A program made the position numbers and the translations under genes. A stretch of 64,000 nt of DNA from Planctomycetota bacterium (lineage in GTDB: Bacteria > Planctomycetota > UBA1135 > JAKEFM01): the NCBI GenBank assembly GCA_035695825.1, contig DASRRH010000009.1:23044-87043 (forward strand). Reading direction: 5' to 3'. Below the pieces are notes generated by a model, which did not search any database, was not told the origin of the DNA, and worked only from the letters and a program-made list of their open reading frames with translations. Shown one piece after another: positions 9,455 through 19,097 of the stretch. Positions within the stretch are counted from its first letter, which is position 1, and every line of letters starts with the position of its first letter.

Positions 9455-9782
9455 GAGGGGTCACGATCCCCGGCCACTCCGACCGCCGGTCATCGGGACG
9501 GAGGACGAGGATGCGGCCCCCGACGACGACCGGCAGCGGCATCGAGGCCGGGGTAGAGGAGATCCGAGCCGCGGGCGAGGAGGGGATCGCCGTCCCGTTC
9601 GCCCTGACCGGGGCGCGGGCAGAGAGGCGCCGCGCGGTCCGAGGTTCCGGAATCGTCCCGGCCGTCCTCTCCAGGTCACGGCATCGAGGGCGTCGAGCGA
9701 GGGCGCGGGGCGGGAAGGGGGACGGTGGAGGCGGAGGCCCCGCTCGCGCCGGAGGCGGGCCGCCCTTAGCATCGGACTCGGA

Positions 9783-10676
9783 ATGGACCGCGCGTCCGCG
9801 TCCCGGCGCCACTCGGCCCCCGTGCCGGCGACCTCCATGGACAGCCCATCGATCGACGGGACGGCGCGGCCGGACATCTCGACCGTCCTCCTCTCCTGGA
9901 ACCGCCTCCCGCTCTCGAAGCGTTGCCTCGCCTCGTATCTCGAGACGATCTCGGTCTCTCACGAGCTGTTCGTGATCGACAACGCGTCGACCGACGGCAC
10001 GCGCGAGTGGGTGCGGTCGCTGCAGGGCCTTCCCGGGATCGCGGGCCTCGTGCGGAGCGAGCGCAACGATCCCGCGGCGGCGCTCAACCGGACTCTCGAG
10101 CGCTGCCGCGGGCGCTACCTCCACATCATGGAGAACGACTACGTGTACCTGCCCGGTTGGGATCGCTACGTGGTCGACCGGTTCGCGCGGATCCCGAGCC
10201 TCGGACAGATCGGAGCGACCCGTCCCCAGCCACGCGCGCGCGGTCCGCATCACGAGGGGCTCGTCTTCCTGGCGCGGGACAACGTGTGCACGACCTCCGT
10301 CCTCCGGCGCGAGGTCTTCTTCGAATCCGCCGTGCGCCTGACCGGCCACTATCTGCGCGGTTGCTATCCCAACGACCATGACCTGTCCGAACACGTGCGA
10401 CGCGCCGGATGGTTGGTCGCGTGGCCCGACGTCGATCTGGCGCGGAACCTCGGTCACGAGGAGGAGGAGTTCCAGCGCGACCCCGACTACTACATCCGCG
10501 ACTATGCGCTGAAGCTCCTCTCCCCTTCGAGGATGGCGGGCCAGGCGAAGCGCTGGCTCCGGCTCGACTTTCACGACACCTCGGACATCGTGGTGCCGCT
10601 CGCGCGGGTGTGCTGGTTCAAGGTCCGGCGCGAGCTCTCGCGCCTGCGGGGGAGCCGGGAGGCCGTCCGGTCCTGA
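9783..10676 (+). CDS. Family 2 glycosyltransferase
   Basis: ISTVLLSWNRLPLSKRCLASYL ... ELFVIDNASTDGTREWV ... HIMENDYVYLPGW. The start is ATG 9783 or 9837. Confidence 0.75.
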   Translation: MDRASASRRHSAPVPATSMDSPSIDGTARPDISTVLLSWNRLPLSKRCLASYLETISVSHELFVIDNASTDGTREWVRSLQGLPGIAGLVRSERNDPAAALNRTLERCRGRYLHIMENDYVYLPGWDRYVVDRFARIPSLGQIGATRPQPRARGPHHEGLVFLARDNVCTTSVLRREVFFESAVRLTGHYLRGCYPNDHDLSEHVRRAGWLVAWPDVDLARNLGHEEEEFQRDPDYYIRDYALKLLSPSRMAGQAKRWLRLDFHDTSDIVVPLARVCWFKVRRELSRLRGSREAVRS

Positions 10677-10873
10677 GGTCGGCGCGGGGCGGATCGAGGA
10701 GGCGAATCGGGTCACGCACCTCTGCGGGCTCCCGCGAGAGCCGCACGCTCGAATGGACGCAGGCGACCTGCGCCCGCCCGCCCGGTCGGCGCCGCGCTCG
10801 TCCCCCCGCGCGCGGGGTCGTATGGTCGCGGGCCTTCACCGCCGCTCCGACCCGCGGCGTCCGGAGGTCTGCG

Positions 10874-13600
10874 ATGAAGTTCCGCCCCGTCGCGTGGGTC
10901 CTCGTCCTCGCGGAGTCCGCCCCCGCGCAGAAGTGGTTCGACGCCCCGCTCGTCCTGACGCACCAGGGGGAGGTGCGCGCCCAGGGAGACGTCGACGGGG
11001 ACGGAGACGTCGACCTCCTCTCCTTCTACGGCGCGACCTCGTCGGGGATCTGGCTCTCCTTCCAAGTGTTGACGAACGACGGGACCGGAGCCTTCACCGC
11101 CGGCCCGTCGATTCCGCTCCCCTCGGGCCAGCTCAACGCCACGCACCGCCCCTTGCTCGGGGACGTGACCGGGGACGGGCTCCTCGACCTCGTCCTGACC
11201 GTCCTGATCAATCCGACGACCGGCGCCGGGATTCGCATGTTCCCCGGACTCCCGGGCGGAGCCTTCGGGGCGTCGGTGTTCGCCTCGCTCCCCGGCAACC
11301 CGCTCGGCCTCGTCCTCCGCGACCAGAACGGGAACGGCGCGCTCGACGTCGGCGTCGTCTACTTCGGCGTGACCGGCGATCCCGCCGTGCGGTGGCTCTT
11401 CTGGAACGGGACGGGATTCACGCCGAGCGCGTCGGTCGTCCTGCCGGGCTTCACCGCGCTCTCGATCGCGTCGGCGGACGTGACCGCGGACGGCGTGCCG
11501 GACCTCCTCGTCGGGGAGTGGTTCGGGCCCAACGTCCAGGTGGTCCCGACCGTCGCCGGCAATCCGGCGCTCGGCCCCCTCGTCCCCATCCCCGGCCCCG
11601 TGGGGGAGGGCCGGAACCTCCTGGTCGGCGACCTCGAGGGGGACGGCGACGAGGACGTCCTCGTCTGGACCGAGGACTACATGACCGGGCTGCGGTTCGT
11701 CGTCGTCACGAACGGCGGGGGCGGCGTCTTCACGGTCGGATCGCCCCAGTTCTTCTCCTCCTCGTCGTTCCCGTTCCTCTTCTCGCACGCGGCCGACCTC
11801 GGCGACTGGGACGGCGATGGGGACCTCGACGTCTTCCGCCAGGCCAAGGTGCTCACCTTCTTCTCGAACGACGGCTCGAACGCCTTCGCGTTCGCGGCGG
11901 CGGTCCCGACGGACTTCGATGCGGCCGGGGCAGGCCCCGCCGACTTCGACGGCGACGGCAACCTCGACTTCTGCGCCGCGCAGGTCCTGAAGTTCGGGAA
12001 CGGGACGTTCGAGTCGGTCCTCTTCCCTCCCGTCGGGAACTACGGCCCGACGGCGGCGAAGGCGATCGACTGGGAGGGGGACGGCGACGTCGACTTCCTC
12101 GACACGTTCGGCCAGGCGCTCGTCAACGACGGGACGGGCTCCTTCGCCCTCACCCCGTCCCTCTGGCCCTCCCCGCCCGCGAGCAACGTCTTCCGAGACC
12201 CGGTCGCCCTCGCGGACTTCGACGGGGACGGGAGGGCCGACTACCTGGCGGCCCGGTACCTCATCATCCTCGTTCCCCCGATGACGCCGCCGGTCTTCCA
12301 GGACATGCGCCTCCTCCGGGACGACGGCGTCGGGGGCTACGTCGACGCGGGCCCCGCCGCGCCGGCCGGGACGCTGATCGCTCCCGAGGTCGGCGGGCAG
12401 ATGCGCCGGCCCACGGTCGACATCGACGGCGACGGGGACCTCGATCTCCTCGACGGGGGAGGTTACCGGGCGAACAACGGGACGGGGTTCTTCGGCGCCC
12501 TCGTCCCCCTCTATCCCGGCAACGCGGTCGACGCCGCGGACGTCGACGGGGACGGGGACGTGGACGTGCTGACGAGCGTGAGCGTCGGCTCCTCGCCGAT
12601 CTCGCTCGTCGCGCAGATCCACCAGGGGGGTCTCACCTTCACCGGCCAGACCCTCTTCACCTCGAGCACGCAGGACGCGCGGGCCCAGTTCCTCGACCTC
12701 GACGGGGACGGCGACCCCGACGTCGCCCTCGGCTCCGGCCCGAGCGGGAACCAGCTCCGCCTCTTCGAGAACGTGGCGGGCGTCTTCCTCCCCCCGGTCA
12801 GCCTTTTCGCGTCCCCCTACACCACGCAGGTCGTCGGCACGGGCGACGTCGACGGCGACGGGTTGCTCGACGTCGTCGCGGGCCCGTTCGACGTCAACCC
12901 GAACGGGTCGTGGATGAACGCGTATCGCCGGGTGGGACCGGGGCTCGTCTACGAGCCCCGGCGCGAGTACCTGAGCCGCCTCGTGCGCGCGTTCCCGGAC
13001 CTCGGCGGGACCGCGGCGCTCCTCGTCCTCGGGACGGGAGAGGCGGCGCTTCCGAACACGCCTGTTCCCGGGATGACCGTCTACGTCGCGCCGATTCAGG
13101 TCGTCCTCCCGTTCGTGGCGCAGGGAGCCCCGGGCGTCGCCGGCGATGGGCGGATCGATCTCCCCGTCCCGATTCCCGTGCTCGCCACGCTCGCGAACAC
13201 CAGCGTCTTCCTCCAGGTCTTCCTCATCGATCCCGCTGCGCCCTCCTTCCTGGCGGCGACGAACGGCCTGGAGCTTCACGTCGGCGCGTGGGCGGCCCCC
13301 CTCCCCGGTTTCCCGCGGAGCTCGTCTCTCGGCACGACCCCGGATGGCGCGACCGGCTCGACAGGGCGAACGAGGAGCGACCGTGAGGGTGCCCGATCCG
13401 GGCGAGGGGGCCGCGACCCCGGCTCTCCTCCTCGACTCCGCCGTCGAAATGTGTTCGGCCGACCGCGGCTTCCTTTAGATCCGCGCCGGCGACGGACTCC
13501 GCGGATCGCTCGCCCGCGGAGCGGAGAGCCAAGCGGCCACCGCGATGCCCGGGTCGCGTCCTCGCGGCGACCGACCGCCCCCTGTGTCGTCAGGCCATGA
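10874..13600 (+). CDS. Secreted FG-GAP/VCBS repeat protein with shared C-terminal module and an atypical 3' extension
   Basis: Signal-like MKFRPVAWVLVLAESAPAQ. Many DVDGDGDxDL repeats. The shared module ends at ...LELHVGA (about 13288), but the frame stays open to 13600 through an R/P/G-rich tail. Confidence 0.7.
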   Translation: MKFRPVAWVLVLAESAPAQKWFDAPLVLTHQGEVRAQGDVDGDGDVDLLSFYGATSSGIWLSFQVLTNDGTGAFTAGPSIPLPSGQLNATHRPLLGDVTGDGLLDLVLTVLINPTTGAGIRMFPGLPGGAFGASVFASLPGNPLGLVLRDQNGNGALDVGVVYFGVTGDPAVRWLFWNGTGFTPSASVVLPGFTALSIASADVTADGVPDLLVGEWFGPNVQVVPTVAGNPALGPLVPIPGPVGEGRNLLVGDLEGDGDEDVLVWTEDYMTGLRFVVVTNGGGGVFTVGSPQFFSSSSFPFLFSHAADLGDWDGDGDLDVFRQAKVLTFFSNDGSNAFAFAAAVPTDFDAAGAGPADFDGDGNLDFCAAQVLKFGNGTFESVLFPPVGNYGPTAAKAIDWEGDGDVDFLDTFGQALVNDGTGSFALTPSLWPSPPASNVFRDPVALADFDGDGRADYLAARYLIILVPPMTPPVFQDMRLLRDDGVGGYVDAGPAAPAGTLIAPEVGGQMRRPTVDIDGDGDLDLLDGGGYRANNGTGFFGALVPLYPGNAVDAADVDGDGDVDVLTSVSVGSSPISLVAQIHQGGLTFTGQTLFTSSTQDARAQFLDLDGDGDPDVALGSGPSGNQLRLFENVAGVFLPPVSLFASPYTTQVVGTGDVDGDGLLDVVAGPFDVNPNGSWMNAYRRVGPGLVYEPRREYLSRLVRAFPDLGGTAALLVLGTGEAALPNTPVPGMTVYVAPIQVVLPFVAQGAPGVAGDGRIDLPVPIPVLATLANTSVFLQVFLIDPAAPSFLAATNGLELHVGAWAAPLPGFPRSSSLGTTPDGATGSTGRTRSDREGARSGRGGRDPGSPPRLRRRNVFGRPRLPLDPRRRRTPRIARPRSGEPSGHRDARVASSRRPTAPCVVRP

Positions 13601-13746
13601 CGTTAGTCCGGACCCTGTTCGTCGGATAGCCGCGGAGGCCGATCGCACGGTCGAGGCTCGGTGCGCGGATATGGGCGCAACCGGCTATGCGCAGCACGCT
13701 TCCGACCGGGTCTAGCCGTGATATTTCGGAAGGCGCGCTTTATTGG

Positions 13747-13775
13747 TTGACATGCTACAGGCCACTGGTTAGGGT
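13747..13775 (+). promoter_or_regulatory. Candidate sigma70-type promoter
   Basis: TTGACA (13747-13752), a 17-nt spacer, then TAGGGT (13770-13775), in a locally lower-GC non-coding stretch upstream of the 14006 gene. Confidence 0.25.
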
Positions 13776-14005
13776 GCCTGGCGCAGCGGTTTCAGAAATG
13801 CCCCTCCGGTGGGGCGCCAGCGAGGAGCTGGACAGAAGCGTCTATGAAACCGCCCTTGGGCTGTGGGATTCGGACCCCGCGGCGTCCTTTCACTCCGTGC
13901 GGGGTGAAAGCAGTACAGCTTACGGGCGTGAGGATATGGGCCCCATGAGTGGGCCACACGCCGAACGACGGCGGGCTTCGTTCCCTTTTCAGGGAGGATT
14001 CTACG

Positions 14006-14278
14006 ATGGAAACGCACAACGTCACGTACCAGAGCAAGGGCTGCAGCGAGAAGTTCTCGACCGAGTGGAGGATGGTCACCAAGCCCGGCATCTACACCAC
14101 GGTGCAGGGGTCCCTCGTCCGCTTCCCGGCCGAGTCGCTCAAGGCGGGCCACTCGCCCGTCGTCGAGATCGAGTCGAATCTCGACACGCGGCTCGCGTTC
14201 GTCGCGGCCGACCCGAAGACCACCGTCGAGGAGGCTCGGCAGCTCGCGACGCGCCTCTCGTTGCCGGTCAACTTCTAG
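14006..14278 (+). CDS. Small hypothetical protein (90 aa)
   Basis: Strong RBS AGGGAGGA 7 nt before the ATG at 14006. Non-repetitive, balanced composition (METHNVTYQSKGCSEKFSTEWRMV...). Followed by a hairpin. No family recognised. Confidence 0.6.
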   Translation: METHNVTYQSKGCSEKFSTEWRMVTKPGIYTTVQGSLVRFPAESLKAGHSPVVEIESNLDTRLAFVAADPKTTVEEARQLATRLSLPVNF

Positions 14279-14292
14279 TCAGTGGAAGCACT

Positions 14293-14312
14293 GCCGCTCG
14301 GGGACGAGCGGC
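14293..14312 (+). terminator. GC-rich hairpin after the small gene
   Basis: GCCGCTCG-GGGA-CGAGCGGC: an 8-bp perfect stem with a tetraloop, 15 nt after the stop. There is no U-tract. Confidence 0.35.
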
Positions 14313-14634
14313 TACAACGAGCCCCCCCAGTCTGGCTCCGCTGTATCTGCGTCCGGAGCCACCCTGTGGGGGCTCTTTCTCTTTCACCGGTCATCGGGGA
14401 ATCGCGCGCGCGACCGGATCGAGACCCTCGTCCGACATGCGGCGAGGAGCGATCTCGCCGCCGGGCTCGAACGCGCCTTTCGGCGCGCGGCCCGCGACGA
14501 GTCCCCCTCGTCTGAAGAGACCCTCGCCCCCGTCGCGACCGGGGGCGAGGACCGCTGTGACGCGCGCAACCGAAGGGTGCCCCGAGGTCGCGACCGCGCC
14601 ACGCACGGGCGGGCGCCCCTCCCGGCTGCCACGG

Positions 14635-15231
14635 TCACTTGGTGATGGTCATCCAGTCGGGGTTCGTGAGGAGGATGGTGGTGCCCCCGGCGAGGATCGC
14701 CGCCTGACCATAGACGGTCAGGCCGACGAGCGCCCGGTCATTGGGGATCGGGACGGTGACCTCGAACTTCCCGGTCGCATCGATCCGGCCCGCGCCGAAG
14801 GGGAGGATGCCCTGGGGGCCGATGAACAGGGTTCCGTCGCCCGCGATCGGCACGAACGTCGACTGGAGGGCCCCTCCGAGGAACGCCGGCTCCCCCGGGT
14901 TCCCGAACGCCGCGACGTGGGCGTCGCCTCCGATCGAACGCTTGTCTCCGATCGCGAAGCTCTGGCGGACGCTCGCGATCGTCCGCACGTCGACCCACGG
15001 CCTCATCGAGGATCCGTTCCAGTAGCCGTCGATCTCGACCTGCTCGCCCACGAACCGACCCAGGTCGATCGTCGGACTCCGGAGCAGCGTGCTCGTGCCG
15101 TCCACGAAGAACTCCTGCCTCGGGGGCGGAACCTGGTCGACCTTGCCGCGCAGGCTGACCCTCTGACCGGAGGCCACCTGCGCGGTGCCCACCAGCGCGA
15201 GGCAACACGAAACGATCGAGAGGACATTCAT
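14635..15231 (-). CDS. Secreted protein ending in the shared C-terminal module
   Basis: ATG at 15231 gives the signal peptide MNVLSIVSCCLALVGTAQVASG. The C-terminus reads ...TGKFEVTVPIPNDRALVGLTVYGQAAIL...WMTITK. Confidence 0.65.
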   Translation of the reverse strand: MNVLSIVSCCLALVGTAQVASGQRVSLRGKVDQVPPPRQEFFVDGTSTLLRSPTIDLGRFVGEQVEIDGYWNGSSMRPWVDVRTIASVRQSFAIGDKRSIGGDAHVAAFGNPGEPAFLGGALQSTFVPIAGDGTLFIGPQGILPFGAGRIDATGKFEVTVPIPNDRALVGLTVYGQAAILAGGTTILLTNPDWMTITK

Positions 15232-15663
15232 GGCGGTTCTGCTCCTTCTGTGCGGGGAGATGCGCTCCTCGGGGCGGGAGGTCGCGCTATACGAACGGCA
15301 AAGCGGATGCCGGAAGCGGCCGGGAGGGAGGGGGTCTTCATTTTTCCGCGCTCCGGCACGGCGCCGGACGACCAAGCCTCCTCCCCGCCCCCTACCGTCG
15401 AATCCGGGTTCGGGCGGAGCCCCTGGGATTCACGGATCGACCCTCGGACGCGGAACCCCCGTCCGCTCCGGGCCGCCGCTGCGATCTCCGCCGAGAGCGG
15501 TGGAGGGATTCCCGCGCCGACGAGCGAGAATCTTTCGCTGCCCCCGAAGGAATAGGGTCCATCCGCAAGACCCGGGCGCGGCTGCGGAGCGCCTCGTGAA
15601 CGCGCGGTTACGAGCCGGCGTCCCCGGCATAGGAATGTTCGCCCGGACGCCTCGAAGAACCGA

Positions 15664-18600
15664 GTGCGAAAGTCGGCCCTTCCCGCGTCGATCCTGATCG
15701 CCATCGGAGTGGCGGCGATTCTCCTCCACCCGCGATTCGCCGGGGACGCCGCGCCTCCCAACTCCGCGGGTCCGGAGGGGGTCGCCTCGCCCCCCGAGCC
15801 GGAAACTCGCCCGGCGGCGATCGAGGGGCCCCGCGTCGAGCCTCCGACCTCCACGTCGCCTCGAACGGCCGCCTCCATCTCCCGAGCGGCGGTGACCGTC
15901 CACGGCCGCGTGATCGCGCGCGACGGAGCCCCCGCCCCCGCGGGGACCCTGGTCCGGCTCCTCACGATGAGGCCGGAGGTCGACTCTACCGAGACGGCGG
16001 AGGCCCTCGAGGAATGGGGAGCGATCCGCGGGGTCTTCGTCGAGGGAGCCTGGCGGAGCCGCGCGGAGGTCGCCTTCGGGAAGGAGCCCGCGCATCGCGC
16101 CTCGACGGAGGCGGACGGCACCTTCGCGATCGAGGTCCCTCCGGATCTCCCCTCCTTCCGGCTCGAGGCCTCCGCGGAGTTCGGGCGCGCGGAGCCGCTT
16201 CAATGGCACGAACTCGCCGCCCCCGAGGTCGCGGCAGGGCTCATCCTCGTCCTCGAGGCCGCCGGGAAGGTGGAAGGGACCCTCCGTGGGCCGGACGGGT
16301 CGGCGGCTCGAAGGGGAAGGGTGATGATCCGCGCGGCGGGCGGGGGAATGTATGGACCCGGGTGGGAGACCTTCGAGTGCCGGTGCGACGGGGAAGGGCG
16401 ATTCGAGATGAGAGGCGTCGAGCCGCGGAAGTACGAGGCCGTCGCGTGGGGGGAGGGCCTCGGGACGGGGTTCGGCCCGAGGATCGACGTGCGGGCCGGG
16501 GAGACGGAGCGCCTCGACCTCGCCCTCCCGGGGGACTCGTGGATCTCCGGCACCGTCGTGGACGGCGAGGGGCGGGGCGTCGCGGGCGCGTTCGTCGTCT
16601 CGCGTCGCTGGGACGAGTCCATGATCCACGGGCCCGCGCCAACCCCGGGCCGCGTCGCGAGGACGGACGAAGCGGGGGCGTTCCGGATCGGATCGCTCGG
16701 AGCCGGCGAGCACCTCCTGGCGGCGGAGTTCCCCTCCCTCCTCCGGTCGAGCTCCACGACGATTTCGGTCCCCCCGTTGGCGGGCTCCGAAGGGGTGAGG
16801 ATCGTCCTCCCTAAGGGGCGCTCCCTCGCCGGCCGCGTGGTCGACGCGGAGGGGCGTCCGGTCGCGGGCGCCGCCGTCCGGGCCGACACGGACTACGCAT
16901 CGATCCGGAAGCGGAACCGCGGGGGCCGGTTCGAGCAAAGCCCGCAAGCCGGGAAGACTGGCGCCGACGGGGCCTTCCGGCTCGCCGGGCTCGCCGAGGC
17001 GCCGCTCTTCCTCGAGGTCTCTGTCGAGGGCCGGGCCCGCGCGAGCCTGGAGGATCTCGAGGCGGGGCGCGAGGACCTCCTCGTCACGCTCCGGCCGTGC
17101 GGAGTCGCGGGAACGGTCCGGGAGGCGGGCAAGGGGAATCCCATCCCCCGCTTCTCGGTCCAGGTCGTCGTCCCGGTGCGACCGGGGAGGCCGTGGAGAC
17201 CGGTCCTCCCCCGTTCGTTCGACTCACCCGACGGATCGTTCGAATGGACCGACGCGGGACCCGGGCTCGCGACCGTGAGCGTCTCGGCACCCGGGTTCGT
17301 TCCGGCGTCGCTCGAGAGGATAGAGGTGAAGGAAGGGGAGGTGCCCCGCGGCCTCGAGGTGAGTCTCGCGCGCGCGACCGAGGTTCGAGGAAGGGTGGTC
17401 GAGAGCGGCTCCGGGGCACCCGTCCCGGGGGCGAAGGTCGGCTGGTCGAAGGCCGGATCGCCCCGGAAAGAGTTCGACTTCCGGGGGACCGCCACCTCCG
17501 GCCCGGACGGCGCCTTCCTCCTCGCGGGGGTCGCGGCGGGGCGGCTTCGGATCGAGGTGGACCAAGGCGAGTTCCTCCCCGCGACGATCGAGACGCTCGA
17601 GGTCCGGGAGGGGGAGCGGATCGACGGGCTCGAGGTGAGGCTCGACCGCGCCGGCGCCCTGGAGGGCGAGGCGATCGGACCGGACGGATCCCCGCTCGCG
17701 GGCGGCGGCGTCCGCGCCCTCCCGATCCATTCCGAGCGGGTCATCTACGGAGGGAGGGGCTGGCCGGCAGGGATCGATGCGGCGGGGCGCTTCCGCATCG
17801 CCGGCCTGCGGCCGGGGAAGTACCGGGTCCAGGCGAGCGCGACGAGGAGCGAGGAGGACGAGCGCGATTCGGAACCGATCCTCCACGCGGTCGCTTTGGT
17901 CGAGGCGGGGCGGACGACCCGCGTCGATTTCCGCGAGCCGGCCTCCGGGAAGTGCACGGTGCGGGGAAGGGTCGTCCGGGCGGGCAAGGGAGTCGCGGGC
18001 GTGTCGGTGCGGATCGTTCCCCCGCTCGCCGGCGAAGACCCCGACTTCGCCAGGATGTTCGAGGACCGCTTCCGGACGACCACGGTCGAAGACGGGTCGT
18101 ACGCGATCCAGCGGGTACCGGCCGGAGACGCGACGCTGCGCGTCGAGGGAATGTCGTCGAGCCCTCCGTCGTTTCCTCTCCGCGTCCCGGATGCGGGGGA
18201 GCTGGCCTTCGACGTCGTCCTCCCCTCCGGGGCGATCGAAGGGGCCGTGGTCCGCGCCCGGGACGGCAGCCCCGTCGCCTGGACCCAGGTGACGATCGCC
18301 GCGATCGAGGGGAGCGCCTTCCGGGCCGGCGCGACGACGGACGAGAAGGGACGATTCCGTGCGGAAGGAATTCCGCCGGGCTCCTTCCGTGTACGGGTGC
18401 GGCAGGCGGGATGGCAGCAGGGGCGGGCGGCCGGGCGCACGTCCGTTTGCGCCAGCGCGTCGGTCGGCCCCGTGGTTCTCGGCGAAGGCGAGGTCGGGAG
18501 GGCCGACTTCGTCCTCCGCGAAGGGGGGACGGCGACAGTCGTGGTCACCGATCCCGAGGGGAAGCCGATCTCCTGGGCCACGGTGCGGATCCGCCGTACG

Positions 18601-19074
18601 GACGCGTCCGAGGATTCTCCGCCGACGCTAACCGACGGACAGGCCGACCAGGAAGGGATCGCGACGGCCACGGGGCTCGCGGCGGGGCGCTACGCCTTCC
18701 TGGCGGCGGCCGAGGGCTTCGCCGCCGTCGCGTCCGAGGAGCGCGCGGTGGCCGAGGGGGAGGTCACGGAATTCGCCGTGCGGCTCCGGCTCGGGACGCT
18801 CGTGCAGGTGCGGATGGTCGTGGACGCGAAGGCTCCCCTGCTCGACCCCGCCGCGCGCTTCCGCGACGCGCAGGGGTGGGAGATCTGGGCGCCGCTCGAT
18901 CAGCGGCGGAGTGGCGCCAACGAAGGCTTCGCGCAGACGCGGCTCGTCCCCGGCGAATACACCCTGCTCGCGCGCGCGGCGGGGTATCGGGACGCCGCCG
19001 TCCCCGTCCGCGTCGGAGAGGAATCCCAACGGGAGGTCGCCGTCCAACTCGAGCGGGAGGGAGGGCCCGAGTGA
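15664..19074 (+). CDS. Large membrane-anchored protein of carboxypeptidase-regulatory-like (Cna-B/PEGA-type) beta-sandwich repeats
   Basis: GTG start, TM anchor SILIAIGVAAILL. Repeated GxVVDxEGRPVAGAxV-type units (GTVVDGEGRGVAGAFVV, GRVVDAEGRPVAGAAVRA, GRVVESGSGAPVPGAKV, GRVVRAGKGVAGVSVRI). Confidence 0.8.
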   Translation: MRKSALPASILIAIGVAAILLHPRFAGDAAPPNSAGPEGVASPPEPETRPAAIEGPRVEPPTSTSPRTAASISRAAVTVHGRVIARDGAPAPAGTLVRLLTMRPEVDSTETAEALEEWGAIRGVFVEGAWRSRAEVAFGKEPAHRASTEADGTFAIEVPPDLPSFRLEASAEFGRAEPLQWHELAAPEVAAGLILVLEAAGKVEGTLRGPDGSAARRGRVMIRAAGGGMYGPGWETFECRCDGEGRFEMRGVEPRKYEAVAWGEGLGTGFGPRIDVRAGETERLDLALPGDSWISGTVVDGEGRGVAGAFVVSRRWDESMIHGPAPTPGRVARTDEAGAFRIGSLGAGEHLLAAEFPSLLRSSSTTISVPPLAGSEGVRIVLPKGRSLAGRVVDAEGRPVAGAAVRADTDYASIRKRNRGGRFEQSPQAGKTGADGAFRLAGLAEAPLFLEVSVEGRARASLEDLEAGREDLLVTLRPCGVAGTVREAGKGNPIPRFSVQVVVPVRPGRPWRPVLPRSFDSPDGSFEWTDAGPGLATVSVSAPGFVPASLERIEVKEGEVPRGLEVSLARATEVRGRVVESGSGAPVPGAKVGWSKAGSPRKEFDFRGTATSGPDGAFLLAGVAAGRLRIEVDQGEFLPATIETLEVREGERIDGLEVRLDRAGALEGEAIGPDGSPLAGGGVRALPIHSERVIYGGRGWPAGIDAAGRFRIAGLRPGKYRVQASATRSEEDERDSEPILHAVALVEAGRTTRVDFREPASGKCTVRGRVVRAGKGVAGVSVRIVPPLAGEDPDFARMFEDRFRTTTVEDGSYAIQRVPAGDATLRVEGMSSSPPSFPLRVPDAGELAFDVVLPSGAIEGAVVRARDGSPVAWTQVTIAAIEGSAFRAGATTDEKGRFRAEGIPPGSFRVRVRQAGWQQGRAAGRTSVCASASVGPVVLGEGEVGRADFVLREGGTATVVVTDPEGKPISWATVRIRRTDASEDSPPTLTDGQADQEGIATATGLAAGRYAFLAAAEGFAAVASEERAVAEGEVTEFAVRLRLGTLVQVRMVVDAKAPLLDPAARFRDAQGWEIWAPLDQRRSGANEGFAQTRLVPGEYTLLARAAGYRDAAVPVRVGEESQREVAVQLEREGGPE

Positions 19075-19097
19075 GAGGTCGACCGGATGCAGGAGCC

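Noticed and set aside
10712-13386. 855-aa minus and 877-aa plus ORFs overlapping the FG-GAP gene.
   Set aside because: R/P/G/E-rich low-complexity translations. The 10874 frame carries the repeated DxDGDGxxD FG-GAP/VCBS signatures and a signal peptide.
13383-13478. Short ORF VRVPDPGEGAATPALLLDSAVEMCSADRGFL, resembling the first helix and strand of a GAF domain (as in sigma54-type regulators), ending at a TAG.
   Set aside because: Only about 30 residues, with an in-frame stop and no convincing continuation. It is possibly a pseudogene scrap, but that cannot be demonstrated from sequence alone.
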